The translations under genes were made by a program, and so were the position numbers. A DNA stretch of 64,000 nucleotides, taken from contig JACROU010000049.1 of the NCBI GenBank assembly GCA_016214265.1, forward strand, positions 9,589 to 73,588, written 5' to 3'. Under the pieces are notes generated by a model. It made no database searches. It had not been told where the DNA came from and was given only the letters and a program-made list of their open reading frames with translations. The stretch comes from Candidatus Omnitrophota bacterium (GTDB lineage Bacteria > Omnitrophota > Omnitrophia > Omnitrophales > JACROU01). Of this stretch, positions 55,908 to 64,000 are shown piece after piece (the first letter of the stretch is position 1; every line of letters begins with the position of its first letter).

Positions 55908-57776
55908 TTACCAGTCCTTGGCAACTTCGTGCCGCTTATAACTCTCGGGCGGACGTCTTAGATAAAGGAGCTCTTTTTCTGCGTCCTGGAGCGCGTTTAA
56001 GATTTTCAAAGCGCTTTCTTTGGAGATACGGTTAAACGAGCCGCGCGACTGCATGTTTGATCCTATAGCTTGAGGCGATTTATCTCCCGATTCTTCCCCG
56101 CCGCCAGGCATTTGCTTTTCAGTGGACTCCGAACCGGATTCCTCTGAGGGCTGCTGGGTGTCCTGTTCGCTGGTTCCGGATTGGTTTTTCTCCTGCAGCG
56201 CCTGCTCGCTTTGATAAGGGGTTTCTTCATTTTTTTGAGCGGTTTCTTGATCGGATTGTTCTTCTATGTTTTCTCCTTGCTCGGCTTCAGATTTTTTGCT
56301 TTCCTCGCCCTTTTCCTTTTGATCCTGATCTTGTTTTTCCTCTCCACCTTTTCCTTGTTCACCCTCTTGCATATTTTTCTGATCCTGCTTTTCCTGCTCT
56401 TGGCCTGGGCGTTGCAAACTCTTGCGCAATTCTTCTTCAAGTTTTTTGCTTAAATCACTTTCGCTTCCAAGATTTTGATCTTTCTTTTCGCCCTTCTGAT
56501 CTTTATCTTTTTGATCCTGTTGTTGCTCCTGCCCCTTACCTTGTTCGGGCTTGTTCTGATCTTTGCCTTTTTCTTGCTCATCTTTTTTATCCTGCTCGCC
56601 CTTTTGATCCGATTTTTGCTTGTCTTGTTCCTCGCCTTGCTCACCTTGTTTTTTATCTTGCTGCTGGTTTTCTTGTCCGCCTTTTTCCCCATGGCTAGGT
56701 TGATTTTTTTGATCTTGCCCTGATTGTTTTTGTTGCTGTTGATCCTGCCCTTGTTGGCCACCCTGGTTCTGATCCTTTTGGTCTTTCTGCTTTTGTTGCT
56801 GATCTTTCTGCTGATTCTTGTCCCCTTGCTGATTCTTTCTATCTTGCTCTGACTTTTGCTTTTGCTGATCCGATTGTTTGCCTTGAGCCCCTTGCTGATT
56901 TTGATCCTGCTTCATTTGGTCCTTCTGATCTTTCTGTTCCGACCCTTGAGCGCCTTGTTGTTGGTCTTTTTGGTCTTGCTTATTCTGATCCTTTTCTTGC
57001 TGATTCTTCTGGTCATTTTGTTGCTGGTCCTTTTGATCCTTCTGCTCCGACCCTTGACCGCCTTGTTGCTGCTGCTGTTTATCTTTCTGATTCTGTTGGT
57101 TTTGCTGCTGTTGCTGGGCTCCGCCGCCGTCACTTTGATTCTGCTGTTGTTGCTGGTTCTGCTGTTGATTCTGTTGAGACTGATTCTGTTGGTTTTGCTG
57201 TTGCTGTTGTTGGTTCTGTTGAGATTGGTTCTGCTGCTGATTCTGTTGAGATTGGTTCTGCTGATTTTGTTGTTGTTCGTTTTTCTGATTTTCCTTCTTT
57301 TCCTCTGGGGTACGGCGCTGGTCCTGTTGTTTTTCATGCTCATTTTTCTTTTGCAATAGAAATTCCAAATTATACTTGGCATCCAAATCTTTCGGATTGA
57401 TATCGAGGGCTTTTTTGTACGCGGCGATGGCCTGATCGAAATTGCCAAGCCGGTATTGCGAATTTCCGTAATTGTAAAGCGCCTGTTCTGTAAGCGTAGA
57501 ATTTTTGGGAAGAACTTTTAAAGACCGCTCAAATTCCTGATTTGCCTCTTTGTGCTGACCCAATTTGTATAGGGCACTTCCCATGTTGTAATGAATTTCA
57601 GGATTTGCGGTATCCTTTCTGGAAGCATCTCTGTAGTTTTCAAGAGCTTGACGATACCGCTTTTCTTGGAAGAGATCATTTCCTTTTTTGGTTAGAGATT
57701 CCTTTGTATCCAGAAAACCCATAAAAAATGGGCAAATTCCAAGAAGCAATAATACAGTTAAACATCTTATTTTCAT
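55908..57776 (-). CDS. TPR-repeat protein of the Bat-like operon (BatC-like) with a ~420-aa Q/N/K/D/E low-complexity insertion
   Basis: 622 aa. N-terminal hydrophobic signal/anchor, about 3 TPR repeats (YNMGSALYKLGQHKEANQEFERSL, YNYGNSQYRLGNFDQAIAAYKKAL). A long tract of QQNQQNQSQQNQ..., KDQ, EQG and EEK repeats follows, then a short structured C-terminus (SFNRISKESALKILNALQDAEKELLYLRRP). Confidence 0.6.
   Translation of the reverse strand: MKIRCLTVLLLLGICPFFMGFLDTKESLTKKGNDLFQEKRYRQALENYRDASRKDTANPEIHYNMGSALYKLGQHKEANQEFERSLKVLPKNSTLTEQALYNYGNSQYRLGNFDQAIAAYKKALDINPKDLDAKYNLEFLLQKKNEHEKQQDQRRTPEEKKENQKNEQQQNQQNQSQQNQQQNQSQQNQQQQQQNQQNQSQQNQQQNQQQQQNQSDGGGAQQQQQNQQNQKDKQQQQQGGQGSEQKDQKDQQQNDQKNQQEKDQNKQDQKDQQQGAQGSEQKDQKDQMKQDQNQQGAQGKQSDQQKQKSEQDRKNQQGDKNQQKDQQQKQKDQKDQNQGGQQGQDQQQQKQSGQDQKNQPSHGEKGGQENQQQDKKQGEQGEEQDKQKSDQKGEQDKKDEQEKGKDQNKPEQGKGQEQQQDQKDKDQKGEKKDQNLGSESDLSKKLEEELRKSLQRPGQEQEKQDQKNMQEGEQGKGGEEKQDQDQKEKGEESKKSEAEQGENIEEQSDQETAQKNEETPYQSEQALQEKNQSGTSEQDTQQPSEESGSESTEKQMPGGGEESGDKSPQAIGSNMQSRGSFNRISKESALKILNALQDAEKELLYLRRPPESYKRHEVAKDW
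56040..57310. repeat. simple-sequence / low-complexity DNA encoding the Q/N/K/D/E tract
   Basis: The plus strand is dominated by CTG/TTG/CTT/TTT repeats (...ctgttgttgctggttctgctgttgattctgttgagactgattctgttgg...). Multiple long antisense ORFs of poly-L/I/F occur here (e.g. 56856-57359), which are artifacts of the repeat. Confidence 0.8.
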
Positions 57777-58789
57777 GAAGCTATCCCCGTCTTCTTACGA
57801 TCGCTAATCAGGAGCTCAAGCATAAGTAGAATTAAAGCCGGAAATAGGAAAATCTGATAGTGCTCTTCCTTTTCAATAACATCCTGGGCTTTAAATGTCT
57901 TCTTGCCCAGCCCCTGTATATGAGTGTAAATCAAATCCATCTCTTTTTCACTGGGGGTGGACGGAAAATATAGGCCGCCTGTTTCCCGGGCGATTTTCTC
58001 AAGAAGTTCGTCATCCAGCTTGCTGATAACCACTTTCCCAAGGCGGTCCTTCTTGAATCCGCTTACTTGTCCTCCCCTGCCTGAGGTTAAGGGGATTGGG
58101 GCGCCCTGTTTTGTGCCAAAACCAATACAATAGATGCGTACTTTGGCGGCTTTAGCCTTTTGTATGACCTCAGTGGCCTGACTGGTAGTCTCTTCACCAT
58201 CCGAGAAAATCATCATTACTTTATATTTGTTATCTCCCTTCGGAAAGGCCCCGAGGCCCGTTCGAATAGCATCTGTGAGCGATGAGCCGGGATCCGGGAC
58301 ATAGCCAACTTTGATTGCGTCCAGGAAGAGAAGAAATGCCCCGTAATCGATCGTTAGTGGAGCCTGCAAAAAAGCAGATCCCGAGAAAGCAACCAAAGCG
58401 ATGCGGTCGCCTTTCAATTTTTTGAGAACATTGCGAATTTCAATTTTGGCTTTATCGAACCTGCTGGGTTTCGTGTCCTGAGTGAGCATGCTGAGCGAGG
58501 TGTCAAAAAGGAAAACGATGTCTACACCCTTTCGCTGTACTTGCCTTTTTTCTTCTCCCCATTGCGGACGCGCTAACGCCAATACACACAGTAGAACCGC
58601 CATTATAATCAACGCGGCTTTAAACGCCGGACGCTTTGAGGACGAAAATGGCGCAAGTTTTGGAATCATTTCAAGATCTGCGAATTTGCCAAGTGATCGG
58701 GATTTGATCCAGTGACGGAACCCGAAAATAAGCGCCGCGATAGGAATCAAGACTAGAAAAACAAAAGCAGATGGATTAAAAAATTGCAT
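57773..58789 (-). CDS. vWA-domain membrane protein (BatB-like)
   Basis: 338 aa. Two N-terminal TM helices and a vWA MIDAS motif (DIVFLFDTSLSM...SDGEET). Confidence 0.7.
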   Translation of the reverse strand: MQFFNPSAFVFLVLIPIAALIFGFRHWIKSRSLGKFADLEMIPKLAPFSSSKRPAFKAALIIMAVLLCVLALARPQWGEEKRQVQRKGVDIVFLFDTSLSMLTQDTKPSRFDKAKIEIRNVLKKLKGDRIALVAFSGSAFLQAPLTIDYGAFLLFLDAIKVGYVPDPGSSLTDAIRTGLGAFPKGDNKYKVMMIFSDGEETTSQATEVIQKAKAAKVRIYCIGFGTKQGAPIPLTSGRGGQVSGFKKDRLGKVVISKLDDELLEKIARETGGLYFPSTPSEKEMDLIYTHIQGLGKKTFKAQDVIEKEEHYQIFLFPALILLMLELLISDRKKTGIAS

Positions 58790-58801
58790 AGGGCCTCTTT
58801 A

Positions 58802-59782
58802 TCACGGTAATTTTATCAGCACAGTGGATCCGAGAATGATTTCTAAAAGTAAAATGAGCAAAGCCGGCCACAGGGCGTAATGAAACAGTTCGTTGTAGTT
58901 GGAATACTCTTTCACTTTAATTTCGCTCTTCTCAAGCTTGTCGATTTTTTTGTAAGCGTCTTGTAGCCCCTGAGTGTCGCGTGCGCGAAAGAATATTCCG
59001 TTGGTAATGTCCGCGATGCGTTTCAGCACTTTCTCATCAATGTCGACCTTAGCCTGAACATATCGGCGGCCAAACAGAGGATCATCAATTGGGAAAGGAA
59101 CCAGGCCTCCTTTTCCGATGCCAATGGTATAGATTTTGATGCCAAAACCTTGAGCCAATTCCGCGGCGGTAATCGGATCGATGTTGCCGGAATTGTTTTC
59201 TCCGTCAGTAATAAGAATGATGACTTTGCTTTTCGCGTCGCTCTCGCGCAGGCGATTGACCGCGTTGGCGATACCAAGTCCGATAGCCGTTCCGTCCTTG
59301 ATCATGCCAAGCTTGATGTCGTCTACGAGAGATGTCAGCACGTCATAGTCCAAAGTCATCGGGCATTGGGTATAACTCTGCCGCGCAAATACCACCAGGC
59401 CGATTCGGTCATGCTTTCTTCCCAGGATAAATCTCTTAGCTTCTTCCTTCGCCACGGTAATGCGGTTTTGCGGATGAAAGTCCTCAGCCTGCATGGAACC
59501 AGAGATATCCAACGCAATCACAATATCGATGCCCTTGGTCTCGACTTCCCGTTCACTCTCCGTGGATTGGGGTCTGGTCATAGCGAGAATAACAAGAACC
59601 AAAGCCAATATTCGAATGAGTGCCAGCAAACGCGTTGGATTTTGGGACTCGGTGATTTTGATTTTATTGATCACGGCGAGTGTGGGAAAGCGTAAGCTGG
59701 GCCTTCTCTTCTTAATCGCTGTAAAGAAGAGCCATGGCAGAATCAATAATGCCAAAAAGAAAATCGGTGATGCAAAATGCAT
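58802..59782 (-). CDS. vWA-domain membrane protein (BatA-like)
   Basis: 326 aa. N-terminal TMs, MIDAS IDIVIALDISGSM...TDGENN, and a C-terminal TM. Confidence 0.7.
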   Translation of the reverse strand: MHFASPIFFLALLILPWLFFTAIKKRRPSLRFPTLAVINKIKITESQNPTRLLALIRILALVLVILAMTRPQSTESEREVETKGIDIVIALDISGSMQAEDFHPQNRITVAKEEAKRFILGRKHDRIGLVVFARQSYTQCPMTLDYDVLTSLVDDIKLGMIKDGTAIGLGIANAVNRLRESDAKSKVIILITDGENNSGNIDPITAAELAQGFGIKIYTIGIGKGGLVPFPIDDPLFGRRYVQAKVDIDEKVLKRIADITNGIFFRARDTQGLQDAYKKIDKLEKSEIKVKEYSNYNELFHYALWPALLILLLEIILGSTVLIKLP

Positions 59783-60729
59783 TATTTGGATACCTCTTCT
59801 CGTGCTTCAATCGGTTTAGTCTTTTCCACAAGCTGGATCGCTAATTTTAAGTCTTTTTGAATTTCGCTGGGCGCCGGTGCGATGTTGGCAAATTTAACAA
59901 AGTCAGTCGCCTCAAAAAAGAGATCCGCGACCTGAATCTGATCAAGCGGCAAATCTCTTTTCTGAAATTCATAAATAATTTCGGAACTGGTATCTTCAAG
60001 AGCTTTAAATCCGTAGCGCTTTTGAAAATATTTTTTGATAACGTTCGACATGCGAAAATAATATTCCTGCACGTGCCCCTTTGCTAGCAGTCCGGAATCC
60101 TCGAGCCGGTGCAGTGCCTGAATAGCTTCTTCAGCCGGTTTGAGTGGTGGCGCGAAGAAGCGCAACAAAAGATCCCGGTGATTGAACCAAAGCCAGACAA
60201 AGAGAATCACCAGCAATCCCAGCAGAGTTCCGGCCGCAATCAAAATCATTTTAAAGAGCTGGGAAGGCAGATTCGTGATGGATTTGATATCCCGAATGTC
60301 ACGCTTTGGTGCCCGGGATTTATCGATGGATTCTACGGTGACATAAAGTTTGTTGGTTTTAATTTCTTTTTCTTTGCCGTCAACGTCTTTATACCGGATG
60401 GTGATGGGGTCGATAACGTATTCCCCAACCGAATATGAGGTGATAGTGAAAATTTTGCCCTCAACGATGTAGCCCTTTTCTTTTGTGGGGGTAATTTCCC
60501 GTGTTGATTTGATGTCGAAATCGCGAAGCTTGGTCACCGGGTTGGTGGTCAAAATATCCACGTCTGGGTCGTGGCGGATCTCAATTTTATAGTCGACTTT
60601 ATCCCCTACCGTCATGAAGGCCTTATTGACCGAGGCTTTGACGATAATGGAGGGTTTAGCCGCGTAAACCGCAGGAATAAGCAGCAGGGCAGCTATAACT
60701 AAAGCAAAGAAAAAGCGTAATGGTTTCAT
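59782..60729 (-). CDS. DUF4381-like bitopic membrane protein (signal peptide, periplasmic beta domain, TM, cytoplasmic helical domain)
   Basis: 315 aa. Signal MKPLRFFFALVIAALLLIPAVYA, central TM ILIAAGTLLGLLVILFVWLWF, and a helical C-domain. Its position between DUF58 and vWA genes matches the usual Bat-operon layout. The family call rests on architecture and context only. Confidence 0.45.
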   Translation of the reverse strand: MKPLRFFFALVIAALLLIPAVYAAKPSIIVKASVNKAFMTVGDKVDYKIEIRHDPDVDILTTNPVTKLRDFDIKSTREITPTKEKGYIVEGKIFTITSYSVGEYVIDPITIRYKDVDGKEKEIKTNKLYVTVESIDKSRAPKRDIRDIKSITNLPSQLFKMILIAAGTLLGLLVILFVWLWFNHRDLLLRFFAPPLKPAEEAIQALHRLEDSGLLAKGHVQEYYFRMSNVIKKYFQKRYGFKALEDTSSEIIYEFQKRDLPLDQIQVADLFFEATDFVKFANIAPAPSEIQKDLKLAIQLVEKTKPIEAREEVSK

Positions 60730-60731
60730 GC

Positions 60732-61619
60732 CTACCTAAACCGTTTTTCGCGAGCGCGGAAGAATTTAATAAGGGGTTCCACGTACGATTTCGTAATATT
60801 GATTTCAATTTTATCCAGGCCCACTTTTTTGAAAAGTTTGTCAATTTGCTCAAGATTTTGCGATGTTATTTTCTTGAAAATCTCCTGAAATTTTGAGCTG
60901 TTGGTGTGCGCCATGACCTCATCGCCGGTTTCAGCGTCTTCCAGAACGACGTAACCCATTTTCGGAATTTCCCGCTCGCGCGGATCAAACAAATGAATAC
61001 CGATGATGTCGTGTTCTTTCCCAAGAATTTTAAGCGGTTTTTCATATCCGCTATCGAGAAAATCGGAAATAAGAAAAATGACAGCCCGTCGGTTTAGGAC
61101 ATTGCTCAAATATTGAAGCACCATGCCCATATCTGTTTTCGTGCGTTCGGGTTTGTAAGTGAGAATCTCGCGCACGACTCGAAGGGCGTGTGACTTTCCT
61201 TTTTTGACGGGGATGTATTTTTCGATCCGGTCCGTAAAAAATGCCAGGCCCACTTTGTCGTTGTTGATGACAGCTGAGAAAGCCAGAAGAGCCGTAATTT
61301 CCGCAGCGACTTCATACTTCATTTTTTTGCCAGACCCGAAAAAATTGGAAAACGAGGCATCGACGACGAAAAGAACCGTGAGCTCGCGCTCTTCGACGTA
61401 TTTTTTGACGAACGGACGTTGACTTCGCGCCGTCACGTTCCAGTCGATGGTGCGGATATCGTCACCCGGGACGTACTCGCGAACGTCGGCGAATTCGATG
61501 CCTTGTCCTTTGAAGACAGACTCATACTCCCCGCCGAACAAATCGTTAACGAGCCGGTTTGTCCGGATTTCGATGAGTTTAACTTTGCTGAGTGTTTCTT
61601 TGGACAGCGTTGGGGTCAT
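60732..61619 (-). CDS. DUF58 domain protein (MoxR-associated)
   Basis: 295 aa. GEYESVFKGQGIEFADVREYVPGDDIRTIDWNVTARS is the DUF58 signature. Located downstream of MoxR. Confidence 0.75.
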   Translation of the reverse strand: MTPTLSKETLSKVKLIEIRTNRLVNDLFGGEYESVFKGQGIEFADVREYVPGDDIRTIDWNVTARSQRPFVKKYVEERELTVLFVVDASFSNFFGSGKKMKYEVAAEITALLAFSAVINNDKVGLAFFTDRIEKYIPVKKGKSHALRVVREILTYKPERTKTDMGMVLQYLSNVLNRRAVIFLISDFLDSGYEKPLKILGKEHDIIGIHLFDPREREIPKMGYVVLEDAETGDEVMAHTNSSKFQEIFKKITSQNLEQIDKLFKKVGLDKIEINITKSYVEPLIKFFRAREKRFR

Positions 61620-62611
61620 GGAACCTCAATTTGATCGAAAATCTTGGTAATGATGTCTTCTGAGGTCATTTCCTCTGCTTCTGCTTCGTACGTGACCAGA
61701 ACGCGGTGGCGAAGAACATCCATGCCGATTTGTTTGACGTCTTCCGGCGTGACATAGGCCCGTCCGCGCAGGAATGCATGTGCTTTTGCTGCGGTCGTGA
61801 GCATGATGCTGGCACGTGGAGAAGCACCGTAGGCAATCAGGCTCTTCAGATTTTCCAGTTTGTAAAGCGCCGGGGTCCTTGTGGCGAACACAAGATCCAG
61901 GATGTAATCCTTCACTTTCTCGTCCACATAAATTTGTTCGACGAGTTTACGCAGGCGCATGATGTCTTGCGGCGTCAGCACGGGATTGACCTTGGGTTCA
62001 TGGCCCGAAGTGACCAGCTCAAGAATTTCCTTTTCTTCTTTTTTGTTTGGGTACGTAATTTTCAGTTTCAACATGAAACGGTCGACTTGAGCTTCGGGAA
62101 GCGGATATGTTCCTTCCTGCTCGATCGGGTTTTGTGTTGCGAGCACCAGAAAAGGCTCTTCCAGTTTGAATGTGTTCTCGCCGATCGTGACCTGGCGTTC
62201 CTGCATGGCCTCGAGAAGTGCGCTCTGAACTTTGGAGGGGGCGCGATTAATTTCGTCTGCCAGAATGATGTTAGCGAACACGGGGCCCTTCTTCGTTGTG
62301 AAGTTTCCGTCTTTCGGGTTATACACAAGCGTTCCGATTAAATCGGCGGGCAACAAATCCGGCGTGAACTGAATGCGTTGGAATTTTGTTTGCACGGCCT
62401 CGGCCAGGGTTTTAACGGATTTTGTTTTCGCTAGTCCCGGAACGCCCTCGATGAGGATATGTCCGTTGCCCAAAATGCTGATCAAAAGCCGCTCGATCAG
62501 ATACTTCTGACCAACGATGACTTTGTGAATTTCGTTCGTGAGCTCCTGGATTTTGCTGTGCTCGGATTTTACTTTTTCTGTAAGATCTTTAATGGCTGTT
62601 GCTGTTTCCAT
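61616..62611 (-). CDS. moxR: MoxR-family AAA+ ATPase
   Basis: 331 aa. Walker A GVPGLAKT, Walker B ILADEINRAP, sensor regions, and the C-terminal AAA lid typical of MoxR. Confidence 0.88.
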   Translation of the reverse strand: METATAIKDLTEKVKSEHSKIQELTNEIHKVIVGQKYLIERLLISILGNGHILIEGVPGLAKTKSVKTLAEAVQTKFQRIQFTPDLLPADLIGTLVYNPKDGNFTTKKGPVFANIILADEINRAPSKVQSALLEAMQERQVTIGENTFKLEEPFLVLATQNPIEQEGTYPLPEAQVDRFMLKLKITYPNKKEEKEILELVTSGHEPKVNPVLTPQDIMRLRKLVEQIYVDEKVKDYILDLVFATRTPALYKLENLKSLIAYGASPRASIMLTTAAKAHAFLRGRAYVTPEDVKQIGMDVLRHRVLVTYEAEAEEMTSEDIITKIFDQIEVP

Positions 62612-62626
62612 GAGTTTTCCTCTCCT

Positions 62627-63484
62627 TTAAACTGCCTTTTTCGATTCGATAAATTGTTCCACAAAACGTTTAATTTCTTTCACATCTGTATAATTTAAAG
62701 CGTCTGTTGAATATTTCAGTTCTGTCAACTGCTCAATAATTTTAGTTAAAAGTTTTTTATCGTCATCTGAAAAAGCGTTGTGTTTTTCTACGATGCCTAG
62801 ATCGGTTGATTCCAGGCCGTGCGCTTTTTTGAGATAGAGTGAGAATTCTCTGACTAGCCGGGCAATATATTCCTGATATTCATTCTTTTTTAGAAGCGGC
62901 TCCAGAGCAGCAAGTTTTTCGAGGATTTGCACATTTGGATCCAGAAGTTTCGCTTTTTCTTTTTTCGCCTTTCTGATCATGATGGCGAAAATGGTGATTG
63001 ATGCAATTAGACCCAGCAATCCTGCCCCAATTCCGATTGGAATCCACGGAATATTAAGCGGTTTTCGGTTGACGCGGAATGATCGTCCGGGAACCTCAAT
63101 CTGTTGTGTTGCAGTTCTTCCCTCCTGGATATATTCAATCGGAAATGCGTCAATCCCCACTTCCCCGCTTTTGGTGGGTACCAAGTCAAAAACGAAACTG
63201 CGAACCTGTTTTAATTTACCGCCTTCGCTGGGCATCGATTCCGTGGAAACTGCAGTGTTTTCGACCGCGAGGCCTTTCGTATCGATGTTCGGCGGAATGA
63301 GCTTGATACTGCTATCATCAGCGCCCCACCATTCGATACGTACCGTGTACGTGATAGCGGAATCTTCACGAGGAGGATTTTCAGAAAATTGCAGGTCCGT
63401 CTTGACCTCGAATTTCTGTGCCACATCCTGGGCGTAAAGCGGACTGGCTAGAAGAAGTATGAATAAGATAAGAACGCGTAACAT
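62627..63484 (-). CDS. paralog of the DUF4381-like membrane protein (same architecture), first gene of the Bat-like operon
   Basis: 285 aa. Signal MLRVLILFILLLASPLYAQ, TM IGIGAGLLGLIASITIFAIMI, and a C-terminal helical domain with recognisable similarity to the 59782-60729 protein (LEPLLKKNEYQEYIARL vs LAKGHVQEYYFRM). Confidence 0.45.
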   Translation of the reverse strand: MLRVLILFILLLASPLYAQDVAQKFEVKTDLQFSENPPREDSAITYTVRIEWWGADDSSIKLIPPNIDTKGLAVENTAVSTESMPSEGGKLKQVRSFVFDLVPTKSGEVGIDAFPIEYIQEGRTATQQIEVPGRSFRVNRKPLNIPWIPIGIGAGLLGLIASITIFAIMIRKAKKEKAKLLDPNVQILEKLAALEPLLKKNEYQEYIARLVREFSLYLKKAHGLESTDLGIVEKHNAFSDDDKKLLTKIIEQLTELKYSTDALNYTDVKEIKRFVEQFIESKKAV

Positions 63485-63573
63485 AAGTTGACCATTTTGG
63501 CTTTACGGAGGGGGTAAATCAAGAGGAAAAAGAAGCTGAGGCGGGACTTGCCCGCCCCAGCAATAAGTACCGA

Positions 63574-64000
63574 TTACGCCGCGACTTGGGTGGCTTTCGA
63601 GGCTGCCAGATCCGCGATAAGCTTCGTCCAGATATCAGAGCCTCCGGCCAGCTCCTCACCGGTGTGGATTTTGATATCCAGATCACGGAAGCCAAGTGTT
63701 AAGAGATACTTGGCTAGCAGTGTCGCAGTTAGATTAATTTCTTCAGCCTTTGCGGATTTTACCTTCGCCAAGGCAAGTCCCGCGCGATGGGTTTTAAGGC
63801 TGGCTATGACTTGCTTTTGCGCCACAAAACCCGTCGGGATTTTGGACTGAGCGATAAATTCGTTCAGACTCTTTCCGATATTTTGCGGAGCGGCTTGAAC
63901 GGTGACATGCCTCAGAGCACGTTTTAAACGGTTCACGGCTGCTTCATCTGCCGCAAGCCAAACGGTCAGCTTCAACTTCGGATCCAATTTGGCGAGCAGT
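63574..64000 (-). CDS. hypothetical protein, C-terminal part (gene continues beyond the window end)
   Basis: Minus-strand ORF ending at 63574 and open to the window edge. The track start is TTG. No family recognised (…KLKLTVWLAADEAAVNRLKRAL…GEELAGGSDIWTKLIADL…). Confidence 0.3.
   Translation of the reverse strand, partial: LLAKLDPKLKLTVWLAADEAAVNRLKRALRHVTVQAAPQNIGKSLNEFIAQSKIPTGFVAQKQVIASLKTHRAGLALAKVKSAKAEEINLTATLLAKYLLTLGFRDLDIKIHTGEELAGGSDIWTKLIADLAASKATQVAA

Noticed and set aside
56181-57448. Long ORFs on both strands inside the Q-rich gene (e.g. 56856-57359 + poly-Leu/Ile/Phe 167 aa; 56912-57448 - K/R/N-rich 178 aa; 56450-56761 -)
   Set aside because: They are alternative-frame and antisense readings of CTG/TTG/CTT simple repeats, with homopolymeric amino-acid composition and no start context. 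They are artifacts of the low-complexity DNA, not genes.
1-64000. tRNA, rRNA, CRISPR, IS or integrase searches
   Set aside because: All intergenic gaps are under 180 nt. None shows cloverleaf-compatible structure, direct-repeat/spacer periodicity, inverted terminal repeats or transposase/integrase ORFs. The only repetitive DNA is the protein-coding Q-rich tract.

Overview
AT-rich, very gene-dense bacterial chromosomal segment with about 70 protein genes and no rRNA, tRNA, CRISPR or obvious mobile elements. Many genes overlap by 4 nt. Secretin, undecaprenyl-phosphate-type glycosyltransferases and a Bat/MoxR operon point to a Gram-negative (diderm) organism, but no lineage can be assigned from the sequence. 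Contents in order: (1) 1-9242, a nucleotide-sugar and polyprenyl-phosphate glycosylation cluster: rfbB tail, rfbD, UDP-HexNAc 6-dehydrogenase, WbpP-like 4-epimerase, UXS-type decarboxylase, three GT2 enzymes, a flippase-like membrane protein and a 545-aa unknown. (2) 9360-22217, a membrane TM+HAMP protein, then a strong sigma70-like promoter immediately followed by an intrinsic terminator, then the conserved block nusA-infB-rbfA-nrnA-truB-ribF-rpsO-pnp-dut-ftsK. (3) 22219-27611: GATase1, rimO, pgsA, pgpA, cinA, thpR and an EndoIII-like glycosylase. (4) 27748-40565, a type IVa pilus locus: a standalone MshEN (c-di-GMP-binding) plus GspE_N protein, two tandem PilB/GspE-type ATPases, pilC, pilS, a sigma54-type pilR carrying an apparent frameshift before its HTH, pilA followed by a hairpin, and pilMNOPQ. 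(5) 40669-54539: rng, rmuC, yjbQ, family-4 UDG, PolX, acyP, cca, a YbaK-like deacylase, several unknowns, def, a PfkB kinase and a HEAT-repeat protein. (6) 54605-63484 on the minus strand: ykgJ, yqeY, yfcE, then a Bat-like MoxR operon (MoxR, DUF58, two paralogous DUF4381-like membrane proteins, two vWA proteins, and a TPR protein carrying a ~420-aa Q/N/K/D/E low-complexity tract encoded by simple-repeat DNA). The most notable observations are the split-off MshEN domain with two perfect c-di-GMP-binding motifs, the doubled PilB ATPase, the pilR frameshift, the promoter-terminator leader before nusA, and the giant Q-rich tract.
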